NCBI GenBank assembly: GCA_902537395.1
Contig: CACBBE010000002.1
Span: 3,058 to 67,057, forward strand
Source of the DNA: an uncultured Synechococcaceae cyanobacterium
GTDB taxonomy: Bacteria; Cyanobacteriota; Cyanobacteriia; PCC-6307; Cyanobiaceae
Length of the DNA stretch: 64,000 bases
Direction: 5' to 3'
Positions 56,078 to 64,000 of this stretch are shown here, piece after piece. Within the stretch, counting starts at the first letter, position 1. Each line of letters begins with the position of its first letter. The translations under genes and the position numbers were made by a program. The notes beneath the pieces were generated by a model that was not told the origin of the DNA, did not search any database, and was given only the letters and a program-made list of their open reading frames with translations.

Positions 56078-56608
56078 TTAATTTGCATACCAAAAAGCAC
56101 ATTTTGAGCCTTTAGGCTCTAATGTCCAACCTTGTCTTTTATAAAATGAAACAACTTCGGCATCAGCAAAAAGGGTTACTTTAGAAATTCCAATATTTTT
56201 CAATTCTTTTAGGACATATTTCATTAACTCTTTCCCCAATCCAAGTCCTTGATAGACAGGGTTAATAGCCACATCCCAAACTGTTGCTTCTAGAATTCCA
56301 TCGCCAGTACATCTTGCAAATCCTACTAGTCTTGGGAATTTATCATCATGACGCCATAACCCAACAACCAAAATACTAAAATCTAAAGCTCTTTTTACCC
56401 TCCTTATCGGTCTTCTGCTCCAACCAACAGTTTGCAAAAGTTGATCTAGTTCTATTAGATCTAAATCTTTATTTTTACTACATACAAATATTTCTTCTTT
56501 ATTTGTTTGAGTGAACTCATAAGAATTTAAACCATAGAGATCTATCAGCTCATCCCCTGATATACTGTTTGTTTTTTTTATTAACGATCCTTGGTTTCTA
56601 AAAATCAT
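56078..56608 (-). CDS. GNAT acetyltransferase (Ycf52-like)
   Basis: VGWSRRP, GFAR, WDVAI.P.YQGLGLG, FY...G. Confidence 0.9.
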   Translation of the reverse strand: MIFRNQGSLIKKTNSISGDELIDLYGLNSYEFTQTNKEEIFVCSKNKDLDLIELDQLLQTVGWSRRPIRRVKRALDFSILVVGLWRHDDKFPRLVGFARCTGDGILEATVWDVAINPVYQGLGLGKELMKYVLKELKNIGISKVTLFADAEVVSFYKRQGWTLEPKGSKCAFWYAN

Positions 56609-58404
56609 TAAAAATTCACGAATCCTTTTTGTTGAAGCTCAGAGAGCTGAAAATATAAACCCTTTTTCAATCTCAATTCACTATGTGTTCCCTCTTCAAC
56701 TAATGCGCCCCCTTTTAAGACTAAAATCTTATCAGAACTTTCAATAGTGGCTAATCTGTGAGCTATAACTAATGCTGTTCTTTTTGACAGAATTCTCTCA
56801 AGATCTTTCTGCAAAGTAGCCTCTGTAGAGGGATCCATAAACGCTGTTGCTTCGTCCATTATTAAAACAACAGGATTTCTAATCGCTACTCGAGCTACTG
56901 AAAGAAGTTGTCTCTCTCCAGAAGAGAGATTCCCCCCTCTTTCTCTTAGTGAGGTGTTCAAACCTTCTGGTAATTTTTGTAATAAATTATCTAACCCTAA
57001 TTCGTTACAAAGATTTTCTAATTCAAGATTGTCAAGATTGGAATTTAGTTTTAAATTATCTGCTACATTTCCACTAAAGATAAAGGTATCTTGCAAAACT
57101 ACTCCCAACATATTTCTAAGAGTTGCAATAGGAATATCTTTGATATCTATGTCGTCGATTAAAATTTGACCTGACTGAGGCTCATATAATCTACATAAAA
57201 GTCTTATTATGGTGGTTTTACCTGAACCAGTTGGCCCTACAAAAGCCACATGCTCGCCTGGATTGATCATGAAAGATAAATTTTTTATAATATGTTCTCC
57301 TTCGTTATAGAAAAAATTAACATTCTTGAACTCAATTTTGCCCTTAAATTTTTTATTTACATTTTTAGAATTTTCTAAAAAATGTTTTGCGGAAGTAGAG
57401 TCCTTAATCTGTATTTCTTCATCCAATAATTCGTTTATTCTTTCTACAGCTGTTAAACCTCCTTGTATTTGAGTAAATCTTTCTGCAAGTTGCCTAAGAG
57501 GTTCAAAAAGTCTTTGGGAATATAAAATAAAAGTTGTTAATGTTCCTAAACCAATATTTCCAGAAGTAACAAGATAACCTCCAACTGCCAAAACCAAGGA
57601 AACTGCGGCAAGAGAAATCCACTCAATAAATGCCGAAATACTACTGTCATAAAATATTGTTCCATTGACTGCTTTCTCATAAGCAACTCCAGTTTTGGAA
57701 AATTTCTTGCTATTAAAAGCCTCTCTTCTAAACATCTGAACGACTTCTAAACCTTGAAGATTCTCTTGAAAATCAGAGTTGAGTTGAGACAATTCTTCCC
57801 TTACTTGATAATTGGCTCTTCTATAACGTTTTTGAAGCCAAATAATAAAATATGAAACTGGGATTTGAGTCAAAAGTAATAAAATGGCAAGACCTCTATC
57901 AATTGTCAGCATTGTCAATGAAATTACTATCAGACTGACGAAGTCAGCAATGACTCCAACTGCCCCACTACCAAAAACCTCGGCTAAAGCATCAACATCA
58001 TTTGTTAATCTCGTTAATAATTTCCCTACAGGCATTTTATCGTGATACTTAAGAGATAAAGATATTGAATGATCAAAAAGTTCTCTTCTTATTCTTGCTG
58101 TCAAACGTTGTCCCACTGCTTGGATATTGTAAGTTTGGTATCCCTGCAAAACTAATCTGAATAATACAGTTATAAATAAGGTTAGGATTATGGCATTTAT
58201 TGACTGCCCAAAGAAAGTTTTACTTAGCCAAACATCTGTAGTTTCGTTCTTTAGAATAGTAATGGCTTGACCAACTAATAATGGTTGAATTGCTCCAGAG
58301 AAAGAAACAGGTAACAAAACTATCAAGATTAGATAGATTGTTCTTTTATCTTTAGTTAAATATTTACCTAACTTTTTAATCCTTCTAAAATCTTTAAAAA
58401 ACAT
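56608..58404 (-). CDS. ABC exporter, fused permease/ATPase
   Basis: N-terminal TM domain, GPTGSGKT, LSSGERQ, IMDEAT, IAHRL. Confidence 0.93.
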   Translation of the reverse strand: MFFKDFRRIKKLGKYLTKDKRTIYLILIVLLPVSFSGAIQPLLVGQAITILKNETTDVWLSKTFFGQSINAIILTLFITVLFRLVLQGYQTYNIQAVGQRLTARIRRELFDHSISLSLKYHDKMPVGKLLTRLTNDVDALAEVFGSGAVGVIADFVSLIVISLTMLTIDRGLAILLLLTQIPVSYFIIWLQKRYRRANYQVREELSQLNSDFQENLQGLEVVQMFRREAFNSKKFSKTGVAYEKAVNGTIFYDSSISAFIEWISLAAVSLVLAVGGYLVTSGNIGLGTLTTFILYSQRLFEPLRQLAERFTQIQGGLTAVERINELLDEEIQIKDSTSAKHFLENSKNVNKKFKGKIEFKNVNFFYNEGEHIIKNLSFMINPGEHVAFVGPTGSGKTTIIRLLCRLYEPQSGQILIDDIDIKDIPIATLRNMLGVVLQDTFIFSGNVADNLKLNSNLDNLELENLCNELGLDNLLQKLPEGLNTSLRERGGNLSSGERQLLSVARVAIRNPVVLIMDEATAFMDPSTEATLQKDLERILSKRTALVIAHRLATIESSDKILVLKGGALVEEGTHSELRLKKGLYFQLSELQQKGFVNF

Positions 58405-58416
58405 TTAGCTAATCTT

Positions 58417-59055
58417 CTATAAAGCATTAGTTGATTCTATTGATAAAATAGTATCTCTGAGATGATCATCATCTAACCTCATAGATAAAGGATTTCCAAT
58501 TAGTCTTGCAGTCGAGTAATAAAGATCATCTATTTTAATTAAACCATTTTCTTTAAGAGTTTTTCCGGTTGCCACCAAATCAACTATTGCCTCTGCCATA
58601 CCTGTAATAGGACCAAGCTCGACTGATCCAGTCAAATGAACTATTTCTACAGGAATATTTAATTCTTCAAAATAAGATCTTGCTGTTTTAATAAATTTAC
58701 TTGCTACTTTACAATTTGCTGGAAGATCAGTTGGTTTTGAATAATTGCTATTTTTCTTAACCGCCAACGACATATGACAACCGCCAAATCCTAAATCTAA
58801 TAACTTTGCGACTTTTAATTCAGATTCTCGTAAAACGTCATACCCAACAATACCCAAATCAGCCTGACCATAACTTACATAAACAGGCACATCTCCATTT
58901 CTCACTAATAAAGCTTTTGCTCGTTTACAATTTGATTCAAAGGTTAATGATCTATTATTTTCGTCCAAGGCATCTGAGAAATCTAACCCAGCTCTCTTAA
59001 AAGTTGAAATTGAATCTTTTAACAGAGCTCCTTTTGGTAAAGCTATAGTAAACAT
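58417..59055 (-). CDS. hisG: ATP phosphoribosyltransferase, short form
   Basis: [33 protein letters not shown]; 212 aa. Confidence 0.96.
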   Translation of the reverse strand: MFTIALPKGALLKDSISTFKRAGLDFSDALDENNRSLTFESNCKRAKALLVRNGDVPVYVSYGQADLGIVGYDVLRESELKVAKLLDLGFGGCHMSLAVKKNSNYSKPTDLPANCKVASKFIKTARSYFEELNIPVEIVHLTGSVELGPITGMAEAIVDLVATGKTLKENGLIKIDDLYYSTARLIGNPLSMRLDDDHLRDTILSIESTNAL

Positions 59056-59095
59056 AGATCAATTTCTTCCAAAGATTCTTCATTCTAAGTTAACA

Positions 59096-59836
59096 ATGGA
59101 ATTTAATAAAGCTCGAAATATAATCGGACTTAGAGTTTTAAGTGATAACGTCATTTGGTTGTTGGTAAAAGATAAATCTGTTGTGGTTGTAGATCCATCT
59201 GTTCACGAACCAGTTATTAGATATATAAATGAAAACAATTTCCAATTAGAAGCTATTTTGCAAACTCATCATCATTCAGACCATATTGGAGGAACGAAGT
59301 CTCTTATTGAAAGATGGCCAAATGTAAAAGTGATTGCTTCTTCCAAAGAAAAAAAGCGAATACCTTTTCAAAATGTATCTGTAGAGGATGGAGAAACTTT
59401 GAGTATTTTAGATGAAGAAATAAAAACAATTGAAGTATTAGGACATACAAGCTCACATATTGCCTTCTTTTTGAATGGAGAAAATCCTGTTCTTTTTATT
59501 GGTGACACATTATTTTCTGGAGGCTGTGGGAGAATTTTTGAGGGGACTTATCAACAAATGTATTCTTCACTAGAAAGAATCAAATCTTTACCAAAAAATA
59601 CTCTCATATATTGTGCACATGAATATACAAGGGAAAATATGTTGTGGGCATTGAATCTCAAGCCAAAAGATCAAGATATAAAAAATAAACTTTCAGAAGT
59701 TGAAAAAAAACTTTCTCTTAATGAATTGACAATTCCATTTTTACTTGATGAAGAGATGAAAATAAACCTTTTCTTAAGAGCAAAAAATTTAGAGGAATTT
59801 ACTTTTTTAAGAACAAATAAAGATTTATGGGTTTAA
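59096..59836 (+). CDS. gloB: Hydroxyacylglutathione hydrolase (glyoxalase II)
   Basis: [30 protein letters not shown]. Confidence 0.95.
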   Translation: MEFNKARNIIGLRVLSDNVIWLLVKDKSVVVVDPSVHEPVIRYINENNFQLEAILQTHHHSDHIGGTKSLIERWPNVKVIASSKEKKRIPFQNVSVEDGETLSILDEEIKTIEVLGHTSSHIAFFLNGENPVLFIGDTLFSGGCGRIFEGTYQQMYSSLERIKSLPKNTLIYCAHEYTRENMLWALNLKPKDQDIKNKLSEVEKKLSLNELTIPFLLDEEMKINLFLRAKNLEEFTFLRTNKDLWV

Positions 59837-59860
59837 ATAGATAGGTATCTTCTTAAACAA

Positions 59861-60253
59861 ATGTCCCCCAAACAAGTAATTAAAACAACAAATGCTCCAG
59901 ATCCAGTCGGACCTTATAATCAAGCAATAAAAGCTGGGGATTTTATCTATTGTTCTGGTCAAATTGCTATAGACCCAGCTTTAAATGAAATAACATGTTT
60001 AGGTGATATAGAGAAAGAAACTATTCAAGTTTTAAAAAATCTCGAAGAAGTTCTTAAAGCTGGTGGAGCAAAAATAGAAGACGTCATAAAAACAACTATT
60101 TACTTAACGGACTTAAGTAATTTTCAAATTGTCAATAAAATATATAGTGATTTTTTTAATATTGAGAATCCTCCAGCAAGGGCCTGTGTGGAAGTTTCAT
60201 CTCTACCAAAAGGAGTTTTAGTTGAAATAGATTGCGTCGCATTTCTAGATTAA
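59861..60253 (+). CDS. ridA: RidA family reactive imine deaminase
   Basis: AP.PVGPYNQA, SGQI, PPARACV, LP....VEID. Confidence 0.92.
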   Translation: MSPKQVIKTTNAPDPVGPYNQAIKAGDFIYCSGQIAIDPALNEITCLGDIEKETIQVLKNLEEVLKAGGAKIEDVIKTTIYLTDLSNFQIVNKIYSDFFNIENPPARACVEVSSLPKGVLVEIDCVAFLD

Positions 60254-60273
60254 TTTCTAAATATTTAGAAATT
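60252..60273. repeat. Perfect 22-bp palindrome
   Basis: AATTTCTAAATATTTAGAAATT equals its own reverse complement. Confidence 0.9.
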
Positions 60274-60336
60274 TGAAATATGAACCAATTGTGCACCATA
60301 GTTGTATAGATTATTAGTGATATTCATCTTTGATCT

Positions 60337-60564
60337 ATGTCAGCAGCAAAGCTTAATATAGATGAACTAGAAGCAGGTTATCCTTTATTTTGCAAAGCTC
60401 TTAGACTATTAATTTTAAAAGGAAATTCAATTAAAGATATAGAAAAGACAGTGTGTTGGAGTCATCTTGAAACTTTAAATAGATGTTTACCTGGTAGATA
60501 TAAAGCTCCAACATATTTAATGGCTTTAATCAAAAGAGATATTGCAAAGCCAAATAATTATTAA
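60337..60564 (+). CDS. DUF3136 family protein
   Basis: ELEAGYPLFCKALR, TVCW..LE.L...LP.RYK.P. Confidence 0.8.
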   Translation: MSAAKLNIDELEAGYPLFCKALRLLILKGNSIKDIEKTVCWSHLETLNRCLPGRYKAPTYLMALIKRDIAKPNNY

Positions 60565-60570
60565 AAAAGA

Positions 60571-60810
60571 CTAATCTTCTAAATAAAATTTATCAATATC
60601 CATTGAAAAGACTTTTTCTTTGTCTGATATTTCTTTATTGTCTAAAAATATTGAAAGACTTATAAAATTCCTACCGAAGCTGATATTTGGATAGATATCC
60701 TTTTCTTTGCATAATTTCTCGATTTTCTCCATGAATTTACTAATTTTTGAGTATTGATCAAATTCAAATCTTTTTTCAATCCTCAAAGGTGATTCTCTTT
60801 CATTCCACAT
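60571..60810 (-). CDS. Pterin-dehydratase-like alpha-carboxysome RuBisCO assembly factor (acRAF/pseudo-PCD)
   Basis: W.ER..P.R.E.RFEF..Y and YPNISFG (no catalytic HHP motif); immediately downstream of csoS4B. Confidence 0.82.
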   Translation of the reverse strand: MWNERESPLRIEKRFEFDQYSKISKFMEKIEKLCKEKDIYPNISFGRNFISLSIFLDNKEISDKEKVFSMDIDKFYLED

Positions 60811-60884
60811 TAAATTCTTTTTTCAATACTAATTACACTATACCTTCAACAAAGTTTCTCAATAAAATTTTGAAGTTAAAATTT

Positions 60885-61133
60885 TTAGTCACTTTCCCAG
60901 TAATCAATAATACCGCCAATTGTCAAATCGGTTTGAACTTCTGGATTAGGGCATGCAAATCTAGCGGCAGAGCCACTAGCAGTAAAAACCCAGTTACCTT
61001 CTCTAGCTCCAACAGGATCAACCGCAACTAATTTCTTTCCTTTATTATTCTCTAAAATTCGTAAATTCATATGACCTAAGCCAGCGACTCTTTGAGTGCA
61101 TACCATCCTTCCTAATACCTTCATAATTTCCAC
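60885..61133 (-). CDS. csoS4B: Carboxysome vertex pentamer B
   Basis: MEIM.V.G..VCT.RV, VAVDPVG, GSAAR, DLTIGGIID.W; GGAGG RBS. Confidence 0.95.
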   Translation of the reverse strand: MEIMKVLGRMVCTQRVAGLGHMNLRILENNKGKKLVAVDPVGAREGNWVFTASGSAARFACPNPEVQTDLTIGGIIDYWESD

Positions 61134-61150
61134 AATTTATATCCTCCTTT

Positions 61151-61402
61151 TTATGAATTGTCAGGATCCCAATGATCAATTATTCCAACAATCGTTAAAT
61201 CGCTAGGGTAAGATTTACTTCCAGCCGCTTCCCTAGCTGCAGAACTTCCAACACAAATAACCCAATCTCCTGGCTTACAGCCAACAGCATCAACTGCAAC
61301 TTTACTAGAAGAACCATCTAGTACAACCTGCAGATGTTTATGTTCAAAGCCAGGAATCCTATTAGTAGAAACAAGTGGTTTTACAACCTTGCAAATTAAC
61401 AT
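61151..61402 (-). CDS. csoS4A: Carboxysome vertex pentamer A
   Basis: LVSTNRI, VAVDAVGC.PGDWV, GSSAAR, PSDLTIVGIID.W. Confidence 0.95.
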   Translation of the reverse strand: MLICKVVKPLVSTNRIPGFEHKHLQVVLDGSSSKVAVDAVGCKPGDWVICVGSSAAREAAGSKSYPSDLTIVGIIDHWDPDNS

Positions 61403-61404
61403 AA

Positions 61405-62934
61405 TTAGTGAGCCTCCTCTGTTTTTTTATCTAAAGACATTCCAATAATTTGTGCGGAATGAATGTTGTCCCTATCTCTAATAGTAGAGCAAGTATGTAA
61501 CAAACCTTGATCAACTAAATTTCTATATCTAATTGATATCGCATTATTAACTCTTTCACAATCATTTATTGCCCTTTCTTTTGCGCCAGGTACTTTGCCA
61601 GAATAATCAAATCTTATTACTACCGGAATAGGTAGATCTTGAGAAACATTCAATCCAGTAAAAATCTTCACTCCTACATCTAAATCTGGAGCCCCTTCTT
61701 CGACTGTATCTAAATGGGCAAAATAAGTTAAATTCCTGAGATGTACTTCTTTAAAACCTATACCTACTCCAATGAACCTCTCTGCATGTCCAATATCTTC
61801 ATAAGAACCATTATGAAAACTTTTAACATAATCAATTTGAGAAATATTATTGACAATTAATTTATAAGTGAATTTTTCCAGCCCACAGAGTTTATCTTTT
61901 GAAGATTGCTTAGAAATTGTCTGACAAATTTCTCTTTCCGCATCCTCTTTTGAAAAATTTATTGTTGAATTATAAATTTCTAATGTAGAAATAGTTTTTT
62001 CTAAATTTATACCGCCATCGCTAGTTGATAAATGTATTTTTAATGAATCAGTGTCTGTATCAAGTCCAATTAACATTAAATCCACAGAAGCTCCGCAGCA
62101 AAAGCTATTCTCTACAGCCTCTTTGAAAGCATATAGTTTATTTCTACCTTCTGCTGCAGCTAACTCGTCATTACTCCCATGAGCTGCGCATCCCTGATGC
62201 AAAGGATCTACTGAACTAAAATGATAAGTTATAACTTTTAAGTACCTGGTATCTTTATGGGCTTCATTAGGAACATTCTCTCTATATCTTTTATGTTCAG
62301 TTTTTATCCATCGATTAACGGTATTTTCAATATCAAACAGTGCCCCAGCATGGGATCTTCTTCTTACTGAACTAAAAGGTATTCTCATTACATAAGCAAC
62401 TGAATGAGCTAATCTTCCATCTGAACAAGGCGTTATATCAAGTAAATGTATTCCACAATCTAAAAGAAATTTTTCGAAGTCTTCCGCATCCCTACTTCCA
62501 GTAGAGCCTTCAAGTGGATCATTGTTAAAAAAATTGTCGCTAAGTTTCTCATGCTGTTTGAAAGCACACCATGCATATAAAGCTCTCATATCAAGAGGTT
62601 TAACCCAAGATTTATCTAATACATGTAGGGGTAAATCTATTCCCAAATTTTTTCTTGATATTTTCTGAGCCTTATTTATAAAATCTTCATGATGTTGAAT
62701 TCGGGCAATTTCTTTTAGAGTTGGAACAATCTCGTCAAAATCACTTTTTATTTTGCTTTCATACCTAAATAAATTTTCATTTTGAATATTATTGGTTAAT
62801 TTATGAGACCTTCCAGAATTTCGTAAATTATTTGATTCTTTAGTTTGTATATGGATATTTTCAGTAAAAGTTTTCATTGGAGCGGTTGGCCCCAATGTGA
62901 AGTTTTTGGCTTTAGCCAGTCCTCTTAAAGGCAT
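61405..62934 (-). CDS. csoSCA: Carboxysomal carbonic anhydrase (CsoS3)
   Basis: PCSDGRL, HFSS.DP.HQGCAAH (Zn ligands), HAERFIGVG, HLDTVEEG. Confidence 0.96.
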   Translation of the reverse strand: MPLRGLAKAKNFTLGPTAPMKTFTENIHIQTKESNNLRNSGRSHKLTNNIQNENLFRYESKIKSDFDEIVPTLKEIARIQHHEDFINKAQKISRKNLGIDLPLHVLDKSWVKPLDMRALYAWCAFKQHEKLSDNFFNNDPLEGSTGSRDAEDFEKFLLDCGIHLLDITPCSDGRLAHSVAYVMRIPFSSVRRRSHAGALFDIENTVNRWIKTEHKRYRENVPNEAHKDTRYLKVITYHFSSVDPLHQGCAAHGSNDELAAAEGRNKLYAFKEAVENSFCCGASVDLMLIGLDTDTDSLKIHLSTSDGGINLEKTISTLEIYNSTINFSKEDAEREICQTISKQSSKDKLCGLEKFTYKLIVNNISQIDYVKSFHNGSYEDIGHAERFIGVGIGFKEVHLRNLTYFAHLDTVEEGAPDLDVGVKIFTGLNVSQDLPIPVVIRFDYSGKVPGAKERAINDCERVNNAISIRYRNLVDQGLLHTCSTIRDRDNIHSAQIIGMSLDKKTEEAH

Positions 62935-62941
62935 TATTTAC

Positions 62942-64000
62942 TTAACCTCTTGCACCGCCTGAAAAGGTAACAAGTTGTCCTTCACGAGTATTCCCACTAG
63001 AACCAGTTATCAAGAAATCTGGTTTTTCTGTTTCCTCATTTCTTTTAACTTCCATAGAGGGCATTGCACTCATTAATCCTGCTCTTGATGGATTTCGCTT
63101 TCTCGAAGAAGCTCCCTCTGTGCCTGTTACCTTATCACCTCGATCCCAATCATCACCAGTTACGTTTCCCACTGATTGTCCTTCACCAGTAATCCTTGAT
63201 GCGACTCTTTTTTCTGGTGTCTTTGTAGCACGATCTACCTCTTCAATTTCCATTTTTTGTTTATAAGTAATATTCTTATTCGGTTCAAATCTAAATTTTT
63301 CAGTACCAGTGACCTTATCAACTGCCATATCAAAGGGTCCTGTCACCTTCGAACCATTTTCATATTCATTACCCGTAACAACTTGAGTATTTTTTTCAGA
63401 ATATTTATCTCTTGATGGTGATTTAACAGAGAATTCCTTCCAAGAGTTACCTGCTGACTTTTCCGGATTCGCATAAGCCGTATCATATGGAGGATTATCA
63501 CAAGCTTGTGAAAGCTGATCTCCACCAACATAGGGAGTACCTGTTAGATTTTTACAAGCGCCTTTCTTAGCACCTGTCATTACTCCGCCAATTCCTGGTT
63601 GCTGGCCTGTAAGTCTGGCATTTGAATTATTACCAGAATTAACTGTTGATCGGGATTTCATATCTTCAGAAATCTCAGTACTACAATTTTCATTAATCTG
63701 ATCTAAGCCTGCGTATGGTGTTCCTGTTAACACTTTGCATGAACCCGGTTCATCTCCAGTTACTATTTCTGATCTTCCTGTCATAGTGCCGCTTATTAAA
63801 TTTGACTTTGAAGAAAGGCTTAAACCTACTTTTCTAGCTTCTGGTTTTGGTTTTGAACCGCAAAACTTCTCATATTGTTGAGATCCTATGTACTCATCGC
63901 CAGTTACATTCTTACAACTCCCATGTTCATTGCCTGTCATATGGTCTGATCTTCCAACCCCTGTACCAGTTACATTATTCCCATTAAGAGTGTTGTAACT
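62942..64000 (-). CDS. csoS2: Carboxysome scaffold CsoS2, 5' part outside window
   Basis: Repeated (V/I/M/L)TG motifs with Cys pairs; terminal ITGSSGNT..VTFSGGARG; frame open to 64000. Confidence 0.96.
   Translation of the reverse strand, partial: SYNTLNGNNVTGTGVGRSDHMTGNEHGSCKNVTGDEYIGSQQYEKFCGSKPKPEARKVGLSLSSKSNLISGTMTGRSEIVTGDEPGSCKVLTGTPYAGLDQINENCSTEISEDMKSRSTVNSGNNSNARLTGQQPGIGGVMTGAKKGACKNLTGTPYVGGDQLSQACDNPPYDTAYANPEKSAGNSWKEFSVKSPSRDKYSEKNTQVVTGNEYENGSKVTGPFDMAVDKVTGTEKFRFEPNKNITYKQKMEIEEVDRATKTPEKRVASRITGEGQSVGNVTGDDWDRGDKVTGTEGASSRKRNPSRAGLMSAMPSMEVKRNEETEKPDFLITGSSGNTREGQLVTFSGGARG

Noticed and set aside
685-63531. The many 60-111 aa ORFs overlapping longer genes (e.g. 685-909, 18363-18674, 28642-28968, 43667-43897, 49568-49903, 60747-61031)
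   Set aside because: Antisense or off-frame shadows of well-supported genes, with no recognisable motifs.
62942-64000. Repeats in csoS2, and a programmed frameshift
   Set aside because: These are the known CsoS2 protein repeats, not CRISPR-like DNA repeats; I saw no convincing slippery site in the visible part.

Overview
AT-rich, tightly packed cyanobacterial chromosome segment. Gene content and order (alpha-carboxysome cso genes, petE, ndhL, TGS-type thrS) point to a high-light Prochlorococcus; this is inferred, not database-checked. Almost all of it is core housekeeping: aroA (5'-truncated), glmU, murF, glgA/glgB, menB/menD, a Mn-type ABC transporter, trpS-thrS-glk-thrB, ndhD, prlC, folB, proA, tamB, hemE, petE, clpB, hisIE, a group 2 sigma factor, trpA, pyrC, gor, dnaA, hisG, gloB and the 3' end of the carboxysome operon. 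The one clearly accessory piece is a ~1.6 kb single-gene islet at tRNA-Leu(UAA). It is bounded by a 110-bp degenerate direct repeat made of the 5' half of the tRNA plus its upstream region. It carries a secreted protein with a YadA-like trimeric autotransporter anchor that is, atypically, followed by a ~72-aa coiled-coil tail. No integrase, transposase, CRISPR array or rRNA was seen. All protein calls rest on motif recognition by eye.
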